From contig NC_068991.1 of NCBI RefSeq assembly GCF_001194135.2, positions 80,194,395 through 80,258,394 of the forward strand: DNA of 64,000 nt, read 5' to 3'. The stretch is from Octopus bimaculoides. Its lineage: Eukaryota. The notes under the pieces were generated by a model. The model was not told the origin of the DNA. It saw only the letters and a program-made list of their open reading frames with translations, and did no database searches. Shown piece after piece: positions 13,314-26,080 of this stretch (its first letter is position 1; the number at the start of each line of letters is the position of its first letter). A program made the position numbers and the translations under genes.

Positions 13314-15431
13314 TCATTTTTGTTTTGTTCATATATATATATATTACGGATTTCTAGTCTTTGGCAGTCCTCAAAAGCCATATTCGTGCAGCTCATCGAT
13401 GATATTCTAGGGTATAAAAAAATAAGGCAATGGCTCTACTCGAAATCGAGTTGGCAACCATCATACGTGCATGTATAGCAAAATACTGTATGGGTAAAGA
13501 AATCCGTAATACTACTTCAGTATAGTTTAATCTTCTTTATCTCCAGAAACAGTACTATTTCTGGGGATTCAAAAGATGAAACTATTCTTATATAAAATTT
13601 TGGGACTGTGTGTTACTTTTTTATTTTCATCCTTATTAGTCTACTTTCAGTACTGAATTTTTTCTGTCTATCGTTGTCCGTTTGTATATTAAACAATTAT
13701 TTCTATTTACATACACATATGTGTGTACATGGGAATGCCTGTGTATGCTCTCTTAGCTTAGCAAACTAGCGAGAAGCTAAATAACGAACGATAAACAGTA
13801 CTGTATTGATCTAATCGATTAAAACCTTTGATGGATGTTACGCAGGATGGATGTATACAATCTACAACATGAAGAATAAATAAGTGAAAGAATAGAAATG
13901 AGGATTAGAAGAATATAACGGCACAATACAATACTTAATTTTTTCTTTCTCTTTATTAGAATCTACAAGCTGAAATTCTTTATCGTTCTAAAAAGTTTTT
14001 AAGGTGAAGAAACCCGACAAAAATACGGTCAAATACTTATTGACTTCTGTGTAATACACGCTCGCGCATGCGCACACACGCACATCCACGAGTGCTCGCG
14101 TTCGCACACACACACGCACGCACGCACGCACGCACGCACTAGCGCGTGTATGCGTATATATAAGCATTTTTACTTGCGCATGTCTATTCCATCAATAAAA
14201 TTAGAACGGCTTCAAAATTATTGATTTAAAAAAAAATACGAAACAAATAAAGAACACTGAAGAAAACCGTTTAAGAAATCCGATTCCTTGATCTAATTGA
14301 ATAGGTGAGTTCATGAAATTCTATTTTTAAATTTGAAATGTTTTATTGTGCTTCTATTTTCGTTTTCCTTCCCTTTACCTCATTTTGGGGTTTTTCAATA
14401 CTTTGTGGACTAAGGCATTATTTATATTTCATTTCTAGTTTTCATACACATACACATAGTTATATATCTATACATATGTATGTATACATTTATGTATGTA
14501 TATATAAGTACATTTATGTATATAAAGATACACACATACATTTCCATATGCATGCTTATTGCACCATTAAAATGTCATTTCAATCCGTTCCTTTTTTTTT
14601 TCTTTACAATCGGTAACTCTAGTAAATTTTATTTACTAGAGTAAGTTTTGTAACTGTTGAAAACCTCAAGAATTCGCTTTCCCTCCTCTTCCTGAGTACT
14701 ATCGCTTGTCAGTCTGCAAACAGAAGCTAACAAAAAGGAACTAAACAATTCAATAACCACGAAAGGAGAGTCTGTGTTAACCAAATGAATGAAGTTTTAC
14801 AGAAAGAGGAACCCTTTTAAGGTTGTGTACCAGACTACCTCGACCTTATGAATAAAATTTCACTTCAAGTTGCTGAAATCGATAGTCAAGCACATAACAG
14901 AGAGTTTTTAATCGAAACTGAGATGTTTAGTAAGGATTATTTTAATTTCATGCAGTATATTTCGTCCGCAAAAGAATCATCTTCGCTCTTCGTAGATAAT
15001 CCTTATTAATACCTGAGGAAGAAATCAGACGATACATTAGTTAACAATTATTTAATCACACGCTCATACATACATACTTACAAACACACACACACATACA
15101 TACAAACATACATATATACATATACACATACATACATACATGCATGCATGCATACATACATACATACAGACACCAGATAGGCCTGTGCACTTGTCGAGTA
15201 GTATCTAAACGACCGCAAAGGACTCACAGAAGGCTTCCACAACGATGGGAAGTTTAGTTACTTAAGAAATTTGGAACAAGACGAAAAAGACTGACACCAT
15301 CAAGAAAGAATTGGAAGCGCATTGTGACCAGTGGTGTATAAAAGTATCTTATTGTCGGGTTGACATAGTGGCTCAATGGTACATGCATACATGCATACAT
15401 ACATACATTTATACATATATACATGCATTCT

Positions 15432-15625
15432 TTTATTCTTCTATTTGTTTCAGTCATTTTGACTGCGACCATGCTGGAGCACCTAGGGTCGAGCAAATCG
15501 ACCCCAGGACTTATTCTTTGTAAGCCTAGTACTTATTCTAGCGGTTCTTTTGCCGAACCGTTAAGTTACAAGGACGTAAACACACCAACATCGCTTGTCA
15601 AGCGATGGTGGGGGGGACAAACACA
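15432..15625 (-). mobile_element. SINE (family D) fragment
   Basis: TTTGTTTCAGTCATTTTGACTGCGACCATGCTGGAGCACC...GGTCGAGCAAATCGACCCC...; shares its end with 4690-4855. Confidence 0.6.
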
Positions 15626-15631
15626 TAAACA

Positions 15632-15678
<47 letters not shown>

Positions 15679-15693
15679 CACACACATATATAC

Positions 15694-15797
15694 TACAGGC
15701 TTCTTTTAGTTTCCGTCTACTCAGAAGGCTTTGGTCAGCTCGCGGCTATAGTAGAAGACACTTACCTAAGATACCACACACAACAACTCCTGCGCCT
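15694..15797 (-). mobile_element. SINE family B (deleted)
   Basis: Reverse complement begins AGGCGCAGGAGTTG and ends GTAGACGGAAACTAAAAGAAGCC, as at 5793-5920. Confidence 0.7.
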
Positions 15798-16442
15798 ATA
15801 GATATATATGCATACATATATACATACATGCATATATGCATGTATGTATATATGCATGCATATATACATACATGCATATATGCATGCATGCATATCTAAA
15901 TCCAAGAACATTTAATGAGAAATGAATTCTTACGTCACGCGTAGCAGTTCAAGAAAAATGGTAAGAATTAAAACGTATATGACTGAAAAAAGTTATTGTT
16001 GGCGCATGATATTTTGATTAATAAGATTAACAAATTATAATGGTAATCATAAGAGAAGCATTAATTATTAAGTTTTATTCTGAAAGATCTTGACTTATGC
16101 TTCAAATTTAGAGATAATGGTGTAGATCTCAAAAATGTTTCACCATTCCACATATAGAATCAGTTGAACTTTACGAGAGAAATATCACTGTACAGTATGT
16201 GTACAAATGTTTGTTTAACAAAATATCTCCTTTGAGATATTTGAGGACTGTTAGCTCACTCTAGATTGGTTACGGATAATTCCTCTCTACTTTCTGAAAT
16301 ATAACGCAGCCATAATGCTCTACTAATATACCATGTGATAATGCTCCTGTTCATTGTGCAATATAATAACGTGATAATGTGATAATGTCCAAATTCATAC
16401 TACAACAATAATAAAACGACAATGTTCATATTCTTTTCTACT

Positions 16443-16642
16443 CTAGGAACAAGGCCCGAAATTGGGGGGGGGATCCAGTCGATTAGTTCGACCCCAATAC
16501 GCAACTGGTGCTTAATTTATCGACCTCGAAAGTACGAAAGGCAAAGTCGGCCTCGGTGGAATTTGAACTCAGAACGTAAAGACAGACGAAATACTGCTAA
16601 GCATTTCGCCCGCCGTGCTAACGATTCTGCCAGCTCGTTGCC
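16443..16642 (-). mobile_element. tRNA-derived SINE family A
   Basis: Reverse complement GGCAACGAGCTGGCAGAATCGTTAGCACGGCGGGCGAAATGCTTAGC...GAGTTCAAATTCC (A and B boxes); near-identical to 41491-41726 and 42552-42746. Confidence 0.85.
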
Positions 16643-17456
16643 CTGTTCTACAACAATATTGAAATGATAATGTTCATGTTGTATATCAATCTGATAGTGT
16701 TCATGTTGATCCTACATTATACCAAAGAGATAATGTCCTTGTTTATTATTTTATTCTGTTATTCTATCATAGCAATGTAATGGTGTTTATGTTCAGACCA
16801 CAGTATTAATAAATGATAATGTTCGTACACCAATGCGGAATACTCCAACAAAAAAAATGTAACATCTTATTGAAGAATACGATAATGTTCGTGGTTTTTC
16901 TACAATATGACAGTATGATAAAGTTTATGTTTTATCGTTATTTTACAATACTGTGATATAATAATGTTTCAGTTATTTTTGATAAAGTAATCAAAATATT
17001 TTTCCATGATCGAATTCAAACGTCGCCTTGACCTTCAGTCTTTGGGTCATTATAAAATATTTTCGGTTATTCATGTAGGTAATTCTGTATTGAAGACTAT
17101 TTTTTGAAGGAAATAGTCTTCACTTTTTCTCAGTAGTTCAAGAAAAGTTGGATGGATTAAAACCTGTATTACAGAAAAATCTTGTTAGCAATATGACAGT
17201 TTGATAAATAGGATTAACAAATTATAAAGATAATCAATTAATAAAGCTTGGCTCTGAATAAACATAAATTTTGTTTTTAATATGAATATAAAACATTAAC
17301 TTGGAGAGTTGAGCGTATTTGTATGTTGATGTTGCTTCCAATGACGTGTGTGTGTATGGAGTGTTTTTGTGTGGATGCGTGTGTGTGTGGTGGAATGTGT
17401 ATACATACATACACACACATATATGCATGTATATGTATATATCTGATTAAATATAC

Positions 17457-17498
<42 letters not shown>

Positions 17499-18160
17499 GT
17501 GCATAGCGTGTGTGCATAGCGTGTGTGTGTGTGTGTGTATGTGTGTGTAATCACTAGCATAAATGAAGTTAAAATGCTTCAAGCCTGTAATGGAATTATA
17601 CAGCTGTCACAGCACAGCGTCTCTGGTGATTATTTCGTTCAGCCATTTCATACACTAGGTGTCCACAATACAGTATATAGAGATTAATATATCGTCAAAG
17701 TCGTCTTACTCATGAATGACATCCACTACTTTAATATACTTATCAATAGCGTTGGCTGAAAGCGAGAGAATGTTGTCTTTTTTTTTGCCGTTTTCAGGTG
17801 TAATCGATTAAATTGAGCCAGAAGAAGAAAATTTTTAAAAATAGAAGAAGAAAAAGGACAAGGTGGACTTTGACAAGATTAGAACGTAGAAAGTATAAAA
17901 CCGAAAAATAAATATGGGAAAATAATTTTTCTGATGCTCTAACGATTTTCCCATTTCACCAAAATCGGATCGTTAAAATTTTTAATGAAGCGCTACTCAA
18001 GACTAAGTTTTCTCTTTAGCTAACTCTTTGCACACGTTTCAAACAATGTGAACGAAATTACTGAGTAACGTTGACCATCTTAGCGAAAGAGGAAGGTTGG
18101 ATGACTAAAATCGGGGTTTATAGAAATTATTGAACTGCTAATGGAAAGCATGTTGTTGAC

Positions 18161-18194
18161 ATGGCTTCCCAGGTTAGTGCGAAAGCTCTGCTGC
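18161..18194 (+). CDS. Putative first coding exon of an uncharacterised plus-strand gene (MASQVSAKALL, phase 1)
   Basis: gacATGg context, in-frame TGA upstream at 18131, ends at a canonical GTAAGT donor (18195); phase joins the 32220 exon to read MASQVSAKALLRRNIPSDVILTNMKVA. Confidence 0.45.
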
Positions 18195-19793
18195 GTAAGT
18201 GTTCTTAAATATATTATTTTTCTTTAATACATATCTTGCATTTGTTTATTTATTTCTTCATGTCAGTATGGTTGCAAGATTTTAATATAAATTAGAATAT
18301 TTTCGTACATACTTGGAGCAACTGCATTTTATATATAAACACTGTTTCTTTTCACTAATCTCAAAACTGAAATGTACTAATGAGACGTATTCGTTGACCA
18401 AATAGACTGAGCCAAACAAAGCTATATTCCTTCACCGGAGGTGCACCAAAGAACGTAGTTTTTTTCTTGTAGGAGGAGCATCAAAGTTTATAAACACAAT
18501 ACAAATTCACTTTAGTATATGTGATGGAAGGAAGATATTGAAAGGATCTCTATTTCCCAACGCTTGCTTTCTCCACACGTAGAAAATCAATCGTACATGG
18601 TATCATTACTTAGCTAAAGTATATATTTATGAGAAGATGATAAAGACGCTAAATTGAAAAAGCTCAAGTGTTTGATTGAACTGGTTCTTTTATGAATCTG
18701 GATATCTTTTTACTTAATAAATCTTTCCTAAACAAGTTTAAATGTTTTAAATACTTTAGTTGGAAATAAAATATCTTTTTTCATTATGGAGCACCTAAAA
18801 ATTCATGTTTTTTTAACTTTTCTGATTTTTCTCTTGATCTATAAATAATATCAAATGAAAATATTGATCACAGGTTAAGGACGCGGACGCAAAGTCTAGT
18901 TACAGATGGAGGCAGGATGTTCACAAATGTATAAGCATATAGAAAGATAGGTACCGATTGCCTCATCACATATATTGTACTGGGTTACACCTCATATCTA
19001 TAATACGTGCTAAGGAATTGTAATTACTGGACTCTGACTGAGCCCATCATTCCTTTGTTCTCTCTGACCAAGAGAAGGATCTAAAAGCATAGAGGTCTAC
19101 AGACCAGATGATGGACAGATTGCAACGTGTCCCCAATGTTACGCTGCGCATTATACAGTTAAGCCTTGCACCTGAACGTGTCATAGGTCTACTCGATCAG
19201 ATATGACCGAGATTGAGACAGTAAGAATAACAACAAAGAGCGATTTATTTTGTTCAGTTAGCTGACACTGTTCCATAACGTGCTTGTGCAGAAGCGGTCG
19301 TATCTTCTGACAAAAAGTTCAATTTTCCTTGTTTTTAATTTGAATACAAATGGTAAATGGTAAATGGTAAATACAAATGGTAAATGCCGCTAAGAAGCAG
19401 ATAATGAAGGAAATCTATGTACCAGTTTCTCTTCAGATTCCCTGATAATGTTGTGGAGGAGAGAAAAATCACGAAGCTGAATTATTGTTATTATAAAGTA
19501 TACAGCTTTCTTTCTTTGGAATGAAGAATATACATTCTGCTGAATCGATGTTAATCTACTTGTCGCATTTATTTTATCAGGTTCTTTTCCAAATGAGATG
19601 TGAACTCACAATGAAGAGATATAAACTTAAATACGGTCAGGTCAGGTCAGGTCATTAGCCAAATACACTGCCATCTTCACCAGCGAACTGCCTTGAGATA
19701 AACAGGTCAGTATTAAGGTATCGACCATTTAACAATCAATCGTCCTTTTCTCTCTATTGAACAGAGCAAAGCGCGAGGGAAAAAGTTATCAGC

Positions 19794-19832
<39 letters not shown>

Positions 19833-20439
19833 GTATACATATANNNNNNNNNNNNNNNNNNNNNNNNNNNNNNNNNNNNNNNNNNNNNNNNNNNNNNNNN
19901 NNNNNNNNNNNNNNNNNNNNNNNNNNNNNNNNNNNNNNNNNNNNNNNNNNTATATATATATATATATATATATCATATGTATACATACAAACATATATAC
20001 ATACATACATATAATTGTGTGTGTGTGTTTGTATGTAGGTATGCATGTGTGTATTATTCCAACATATTTCATTAAGTTGCTGAGGGGTCAAGAGAAAAGA
20101 CGCAAAAGAACTTGATACATTCTTATGTCTCACCAAATCAGGGTTAATATAATTCCTGCAACTGGAAGCATCGCATTGAAAGGATGCAAAGCGTACATCT
20201 TGCAATGTAATTTACATTACTATCATTCTCTAGTTCTGATCCTTGACCAAAATGTGTTAAACTGTCATTCGTTAATAACAATTTACAGGGTTATATAATG
20301 TCTTTTGCTAAAATCATCATCTATGAGATCAAAAAAGCAAAAAAGAGAAAAAAAAAAGATGACGACAAAAAGTAAAGCTTTTAGATCTTTCTATTGAATT
20401 TATTTAATTTGTATATTTTAGTGTTTTGTGAAAAAGCAT

Positions 20440-20730
20440 GGTCTGGTGATTTGAGTGTTTTACTCATAATCACAAGATCATCGTTTCGATTTCCAGATCG
20501 GCGGTGCGTTGTCTTCTTGAGCAAAACGCTTTATTTCACATTGATCCAGTTCACTCACTTGCGAATGTGTAACCTTGTAATAGACTGGCGTTCCGCACGG
20601 GGAGAAGGGTTGAGCTGCTTCCTCCACCTCAATCATGGAGGCGGGGGTCACCTAATTCGAAAGCTATAACAATGCAAGGAAGCGCATTGTGACCAGCAGG
20701 GGGTAACAACATCCGATAGTCTGGTCGTTA
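20440..20730 (+). mobile_element. tRNA-derived SINE family C, degenerate
   Basis: B-box-like GTTTCGATTTCC then TTGTCTTCTTGAGCAAAACGCTTTATTTCACATTGATCCAG; counterpart on minus strand at 31560-31707. Confidence 0.6.
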
Positions 20731-22085
20731 GTGGGACAGTGATATTCTTTCTTTCCTGTCTATTTTATGCAGACCTAACTAAATTCTGCATGTTATTTTA
20801 TCCTTCTTTTTATTCGTTCTACCATAGAGTGTCCTTGTCTATTTCAATAAACTTCTCTTACATTAGCAGAGTGTTATATTTATACTATCTATTATTTGCA
20901 GTGGGATTAGTTCAGTCAATTCTCTCTAGTACTTGACTACTCTTATTAGGGATCGACTGCAGAGCATAGAAAGACATATCTAAATGCTTCAGTATCGTAT
21001 CTAGCATCTTCAGCTACTTTGATAATGAGCGTAGATATTTGTTCCAAAATTTTCACTTTGACTCAATCTCACACATGATTACTATCCATCTTAACACTTC
21101 TCTTTTCAAACGTTTTCTCCTCTTGGCATATTTATACAAACGTTATATAAGAAATCTCTAATTTTGAAATTTCATATTATTCTAAAAAAAATCAGAGGCA
21201 CTATACAAAGCACCACCTATTTAAGAAGCTTACTATCTCAGAAGCGGCGTCGTGCTTCCATACATTCGCAGTGTAATTTCTATTGTTAGAATTTCCTTGG
21301 ATAGGTTTTCAGTATTCTGTTGATTAAGTCACCAATAATCCTTCTTTGAAGTTACTTTTATAAAGCATATCATTGTTTTCTTTGGTTTTCTTTTCTTCCT
21401 TCGGCAAAAATAAACCTCTGGAACAATTCCCAGATGAAGTCAATTTCTGTCACTTGCATTGCCAACATTATATTTCTCTTCCTGTAAAATGCAGAAATCT
21501 ATGTGCCGTAGTTCAAAGAGATCAGATAGTTTAGAACTGAGAACGTAACCAAACCTTAATGTTTGGTTGAAAAGCTTTCACTTCATGCAAGTTATGAATA
21601 CACAGAAAGAAATATATTTTACCGAGATTCAAATGACGCGGAAATCACTTTTTCTTTATCTATCCGGAATCGATCAAATAAAACCAGAATTAAATGCTGC
21701 TGTTGATAGAATCAATTTTTATCCCTCCATCATATTTTGTAGTCTTTGATCTATCATACAAATCAATATTAAAATAATGTTTGGATAAAATGGACTCTTT
21801 CGTTCTTGAATAATGACTACTTAGATGTTTCACAAGTACATTATTTAAACAATATAATTAAAAATGAAATTATAATTAAACATCAAATAATTTATTTGCT
21901 TTTAAATGTCTCAGAAATTCGATGTGTATATATAGCAACGAAAAATCGATGCAAACTTGCTGGTGTTGTTATATATTTAAAGTATACATGTATCTATTTA
22001 AATTTTATATCTATGTATAAATTGACAGAATGAGATAAAAAAAACTAAGGCAGAAAATAGATTTCGTAACATTTATCAGGAAAAT

Positions 22086-22133
22086 GTCTTACAGCTGTTT
22101 CCGGGATATTTTATATATCCCTTCATCAGAGAC
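22086..22133 (-). ncRNA. Minimal type I hammerhead ribozyme motif (left arm of palindrome)
   Basis: Minus strand GUCU-CUGAUGA-A-GGGAUAU-AUAAA-AUAUCCC-G-GAAAC-AGCU-GUA-AGAC: helix I GUCU/AGAC, 7-bp helix II, palindromic helix III ACAGCUGU, GUA cleavage triplet. One non-canonical A-G apposition at 10.1/11.1. Confidence 0.75.
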
Positions 22134-22500
22134 GGTGAGAGAAAATATTTGAGTATTAATTATTGAAGAGAAGATATGAGATACAGAGGGAAGTAAGAGA
22201 ATGAATATAGAAGTGAGATACATAAGGATATTGTATTGGCAGTTCCATTATTCAAGTAGAATGGTGTGTATAAATGGTGGAAAAGGTTTTTGGTGAAGAA
22301 ATTTTCTTGTACATGGTGTGTAATTTTCACACACCAAGTACAAAAAAATTTCTTCACCATTTATATACGTCATTCTACATGAATAATGGAACTTCAAATA
22401 TAATATCCTTATGTATCTCGCTTCTATATTCATTCTCTTACTTCCCTCTGTATCTCATATTTTCTCTTCAATAATTAGTACTTAAATATTTTCTCGCACC

Positions 22501-22548
22501 GTCTCTGATGAAGGGATATATAAAATATCCCGGAAACTGCTGTAAGAC
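22501..22548 (+). ncRNA. Minimal type I hammerhead ribozyme motif (right arm of palindrome)
   Basis: Same as the left-arm motif except loop III is UGCU (22538 breaks the palindrome); predicted cleavage after A22544. Confidence 0.7.
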
Positions 22549-23600
22549 CTTTTCCTGATAAATGTTATGAAATCTATTCACTGCCTTGGTTTGTTTTTTT
22601 TTTCATCTCATTCTGTCAATTTATATATATATGCATGCTAACACATGACCCACGTTGGACTCCTCACTCATATCATTATCGAACCTGGAGCTTAACCATG
22701 GTCTATTATCCATAGCACTTACTTTGCGTTTACCCGATACTTTATGGGTCTTCCTGAAATTTAATAGATGCAAACTGTGTAGGCGTCTATCATATATGTA
22801 TAGTGTTACGCGTGCGCGCGCGTTTATGCTTACATATTTAAACTGATATCGATTTGTATACACTTATATCAAAGACTATTAAGCGATTAGATAATTATGG
22901 AACAATATACCAACTACTGGACTGAAATTAATTACTATGAATAAAACTAACACATTACCAACGTTGTTCTCTTCCATAAAGAAACAGACATCTTTATCTA
23001 TGCAATACATCCAATGATAAGATAATAGAATTGTAGAATAATAGAGCAGCAATGAATATATGTCTAAGGTAATATGATACTGAGATGCCGCTTAAGACAT
23101 TATCAATTTATATCCATTCCTTTGGTATTTCGCTGTGTCCATCTTAATTCAATCAAAACGATTTACTGTAAAATACATACTGTTAGCAGTGGAATCACTG
23201 CCAAATTGATGCGTTTACTTGCCAAAAGTACTACCTCGTGGAGGTCGCAACTGGGAACCTACGATTTCGGAATCAAGCCGACTAAATACACAGCCATGCC
23301 TATCTCTAATTTCAGGTCAACGTTTATTTTGCTTAGAGTTTCAAATAAGATATTTTTAACAGTCGATAACATGCATATTTATTCTCAAAACGTTCTGAAT
23401 GATTCGAACGCAAGTATGCTAATCGTTGTTGATCTCGTCACAGGAGAACAACTTCTCGTTTAAGATGCAAGTCATCATTTCGATTTCGGTTGTTCAACGC
23501 GCAAATAATGATTTATTATCGGCTGGTAGATATCAGCACGGATCGGCGAACAGTTTGCTGAAATTATAAACAAGTCCATCGGTTCTTGTCAGATTCGTTA

Positions 23601-23645
23601 GTCCGGCTGATGAGGAACAGCATGTCGAAACACCGGTGTCTCATA
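23601..23645 (+). ncRNA. Hammerhead-like motif, third family
   Basis: CUGAUGA (23607-23613), helix II G(A)ACA/UGUC, GAAAC (23627-23631), perfect palindrome ACACCGGUGU as helix III, GUC triplet; helix I only 2 bp (weak). Confidence 0.5.
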
Positions 23646-23836
23646 ATCCATTGCACTATGTTTTAAACACAGTCATTTTAAAGAAAGTAGCTGTTCTGTT
23701 GTGACTAACACAACAGCAACTTGCATATTTGCGTTCAAAACTGCCAGCAGCTATTAAGCATAAATGTACAAGAAATCTTTTCGGTTCTCGCTGTTTACTG
23801 AGCCAATAATGATTCTTTTTTTTTTCTAACATTTAT

Positions 23837-24040
23837 ATGGCGGCGACCTGCATTATTCGTTGCTACACCGGAAGAAATACTTAGCGGCATTTCTTCCGGC
23901 TCTTTAGTTTCTGAATTCAAATGTCACTGAGTCGACTTCACCTTTATCCTTTCGGAATCGATGAGCACAGGTTCGACGTAGTCGACAACACCTGACCCCC
24001 AAAATTTCAGGCCTTGTCCCCAGAATAGAAAGGATTACTT
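23837..24040 (+). mobile_element. SINE family A, degenerate
   Basis: GGCGGCGACCTGC...CTTAGCGGCATTTC...GAATTCAAATG...GTCGACTTCACCTTTATCCTTTCGG...CAAAATTTCAGGCCTTG. Confidence 0.65.
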
Positions 24041-24120
24041 TTAACATTTGCATGGTAGCAACCGACGGATTTATTACCGCCCCGAGCGACATACTTAACA
24101 AAATTCCTTCACGTTCCTTG

Positions 24121-24267
24121 CATACTGAGTTCAAATGCCGCCGGGGTCGACTATGCCGTTAATCCTTTCGGGGATGATAAGATAGGCACCAGTTTAGTAC
24201 TGGAGTAGGTATAATCCACTTTTCACCTCCACTAAAATTGCTGGCCTTGAGCCATAATTTGAAACTT
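24121..24267 (+). mobile_element. SINE family A, 5'-truncated
   Basis: CTGAGTTCAAATGCCGCCGGGGTCGACTATGCC...TCCTTTCGGG...AAAATTGCTGGCCTTG...TTTGAAAC. Confidence 0.65.
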
Positions 24268-25929
24268 AATTTTGGCATTTATTTATTACGTCGACGGAGG
24301 AAGAATAAAAGCAGCCATGATCCTTTTAGGAGCTTCATAGACTGATGGTGGTAAAGGAGGGGGTATGCCCCCCTGTGATTGAAACAGCGTAAACTTTGCA
24401 GCAAGTTACACAAGGCCTAGTTAGAGAGGGTTATACGCAGAAGACGACGGATTTAGTTCATCAGACTGGGAGTTTCTCGGGCGATATACTTATAAGACAA
24501 TACGAGTGAAAGAGAAAGCATAAATAAGAAACTTATTAAAGTGAGTCAAGCTAAATCATGTGTCAACAAAAGCATTAGTGTTGTCATTGAACATGTCTTC
24601 TTGGATAGATTAAAATGTCAAAACTTTCCTTTAGTAAGTAGGTTTCATATAGTCAGACCATTAATACTCCTGTCTTCTCTCTGTAATCTTCATGTGTATA
24701 TATGTACCACTTTCTTTGTGCGTGTGTGTATACATATACACACACATATACACATACATATGTTTCTGTGTATATATATTAATATACCTCTTTCTCACTA
24801 CACACACACATATATACATATACATATATGTATACACACACACACATATATTTATTTATCTAAAATCCTTTTCTCACATTGTCACACATAGCTTTTACCA
24901 CATACATAAACTCAAAGAGTGCTTTTACATATTTTTTTTTACATATGAACACCAATTTCCTTAATCTCGCAAACGTCCATTTACTTTCAGTTACACACAC
25001 ACATACACGCACACATACGCACACACAGATACATACACACACACACACAGAGACATACACTCATAAGAGCATGCTCGCAAGCATACTCTCAAACATAAAT
25101 AGACATTCATATACACACGCACCTACGTACTTACACATCCGCACCCATGTTTACATTTTGCTCGCGAAATTATCACATACGATCTCGTACGTGCTATCAC
25201 CCCAGTGTATATTCTCTATCTGGTCGGTAGATCTGTACCATGCGTAAAAAACAGAAGGCATTCTCGTTGCACAACAATAACAACCACAACATCTACACAA
25301 ATATATGCACCTTCATTCAAAGAAATGGGTTTTCTTTCTGTGTTTTGTTTTGTTTTTTTTTTGCTGATAATATATTGTGCTTATAAGTGTCTTTGGCAAA
25401 ATCTTTCTTTCGGATGACAAACAGACTTTCTGCTGTAGATCTTACACGGACATAGTGACGCGCAGATTAAGATTCGGTACTATATGGTTCTGGGTTTGAT
25501 CCACAGTATCGAGTTCGATCCGCCTCATGAGCAGTTTTCTTCCTGACCTTACAACTTGCGCACGAAAGAAAAAAATGTGTGCGTACATGTTTGTCAAGAC
25601 GAAATCAAATAATTTTAATTGAAGAAATTTGTGTGATGGTCACTAGCATGGATGTGCACATACTTTGTAATGAAGTACAAAGTTTGCAAACAAGCAAATT
25701 TATGCGAACATTAAAAAAAAGCAAAACAAACAAAATGGTGGTTCTATTGTCATGGGTGAAATTTGGTAGGCGGAAATGGGAAAAATAAACCAATAGGAAT
25801 ATTGATCTAGTTCTTAATTACTACACTTAATCCTTTGACTAGTCTAAAACCATCGCCTTGTCCCGAAGTGCCTTTAGAGGAGTATTACAACATAAGCTTT
25901 GTTTTTTCTTGTATCATCTCTTTTTGTCT

Positions 25930-26033
<104 letters not shown>

Positions 26034-26080
26034 AATATAATATTGCCAGGCGCAATATAATACCCTAAAAGAAACTTTTA

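Larger units (their letters stand above)
22012..22629. repeat. 618-bp foldback palindrome (arms about 300 bp, 7-nt loop at 22322-22328), Penelope-pLTR-like
   Basis: Arms align end to end at roughly 90-95 percent identity by eye, with a 16-nt indel near the centre; each arm contains an HHR motif; flanked by TA-rich sequence. Confidence 0.95.

Noticed and set aside
14005-14040. GUGAAGA-ACC...GGUCAAAU, possible decayed PLE-type HHR
   Set aside because: Both conserved boxes are mutated; not distinguishable from chance.
21330-21484. Minus-strand acceptor followed by KRNIMLAMQVTEIDFIWELFQRFIFAEGRKENQRKQ*
   Set aside because: Short, no donor before the stop, no supporting exons.
23074-23463. 129-aa plus ORF as possible Penelope endonuclease upstream of the 23.6-kb HHR
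   Set aside because: No GIY-YIG or RT motif; its centre is the antisense of a degenerate family B SINE (about 23190-23300).
24440-24480. Minus-strand GAAAC...CUGAUGA (type II HHR order)
   Set aside because: Only 7 nt between the boxes, too short for helices III and I.
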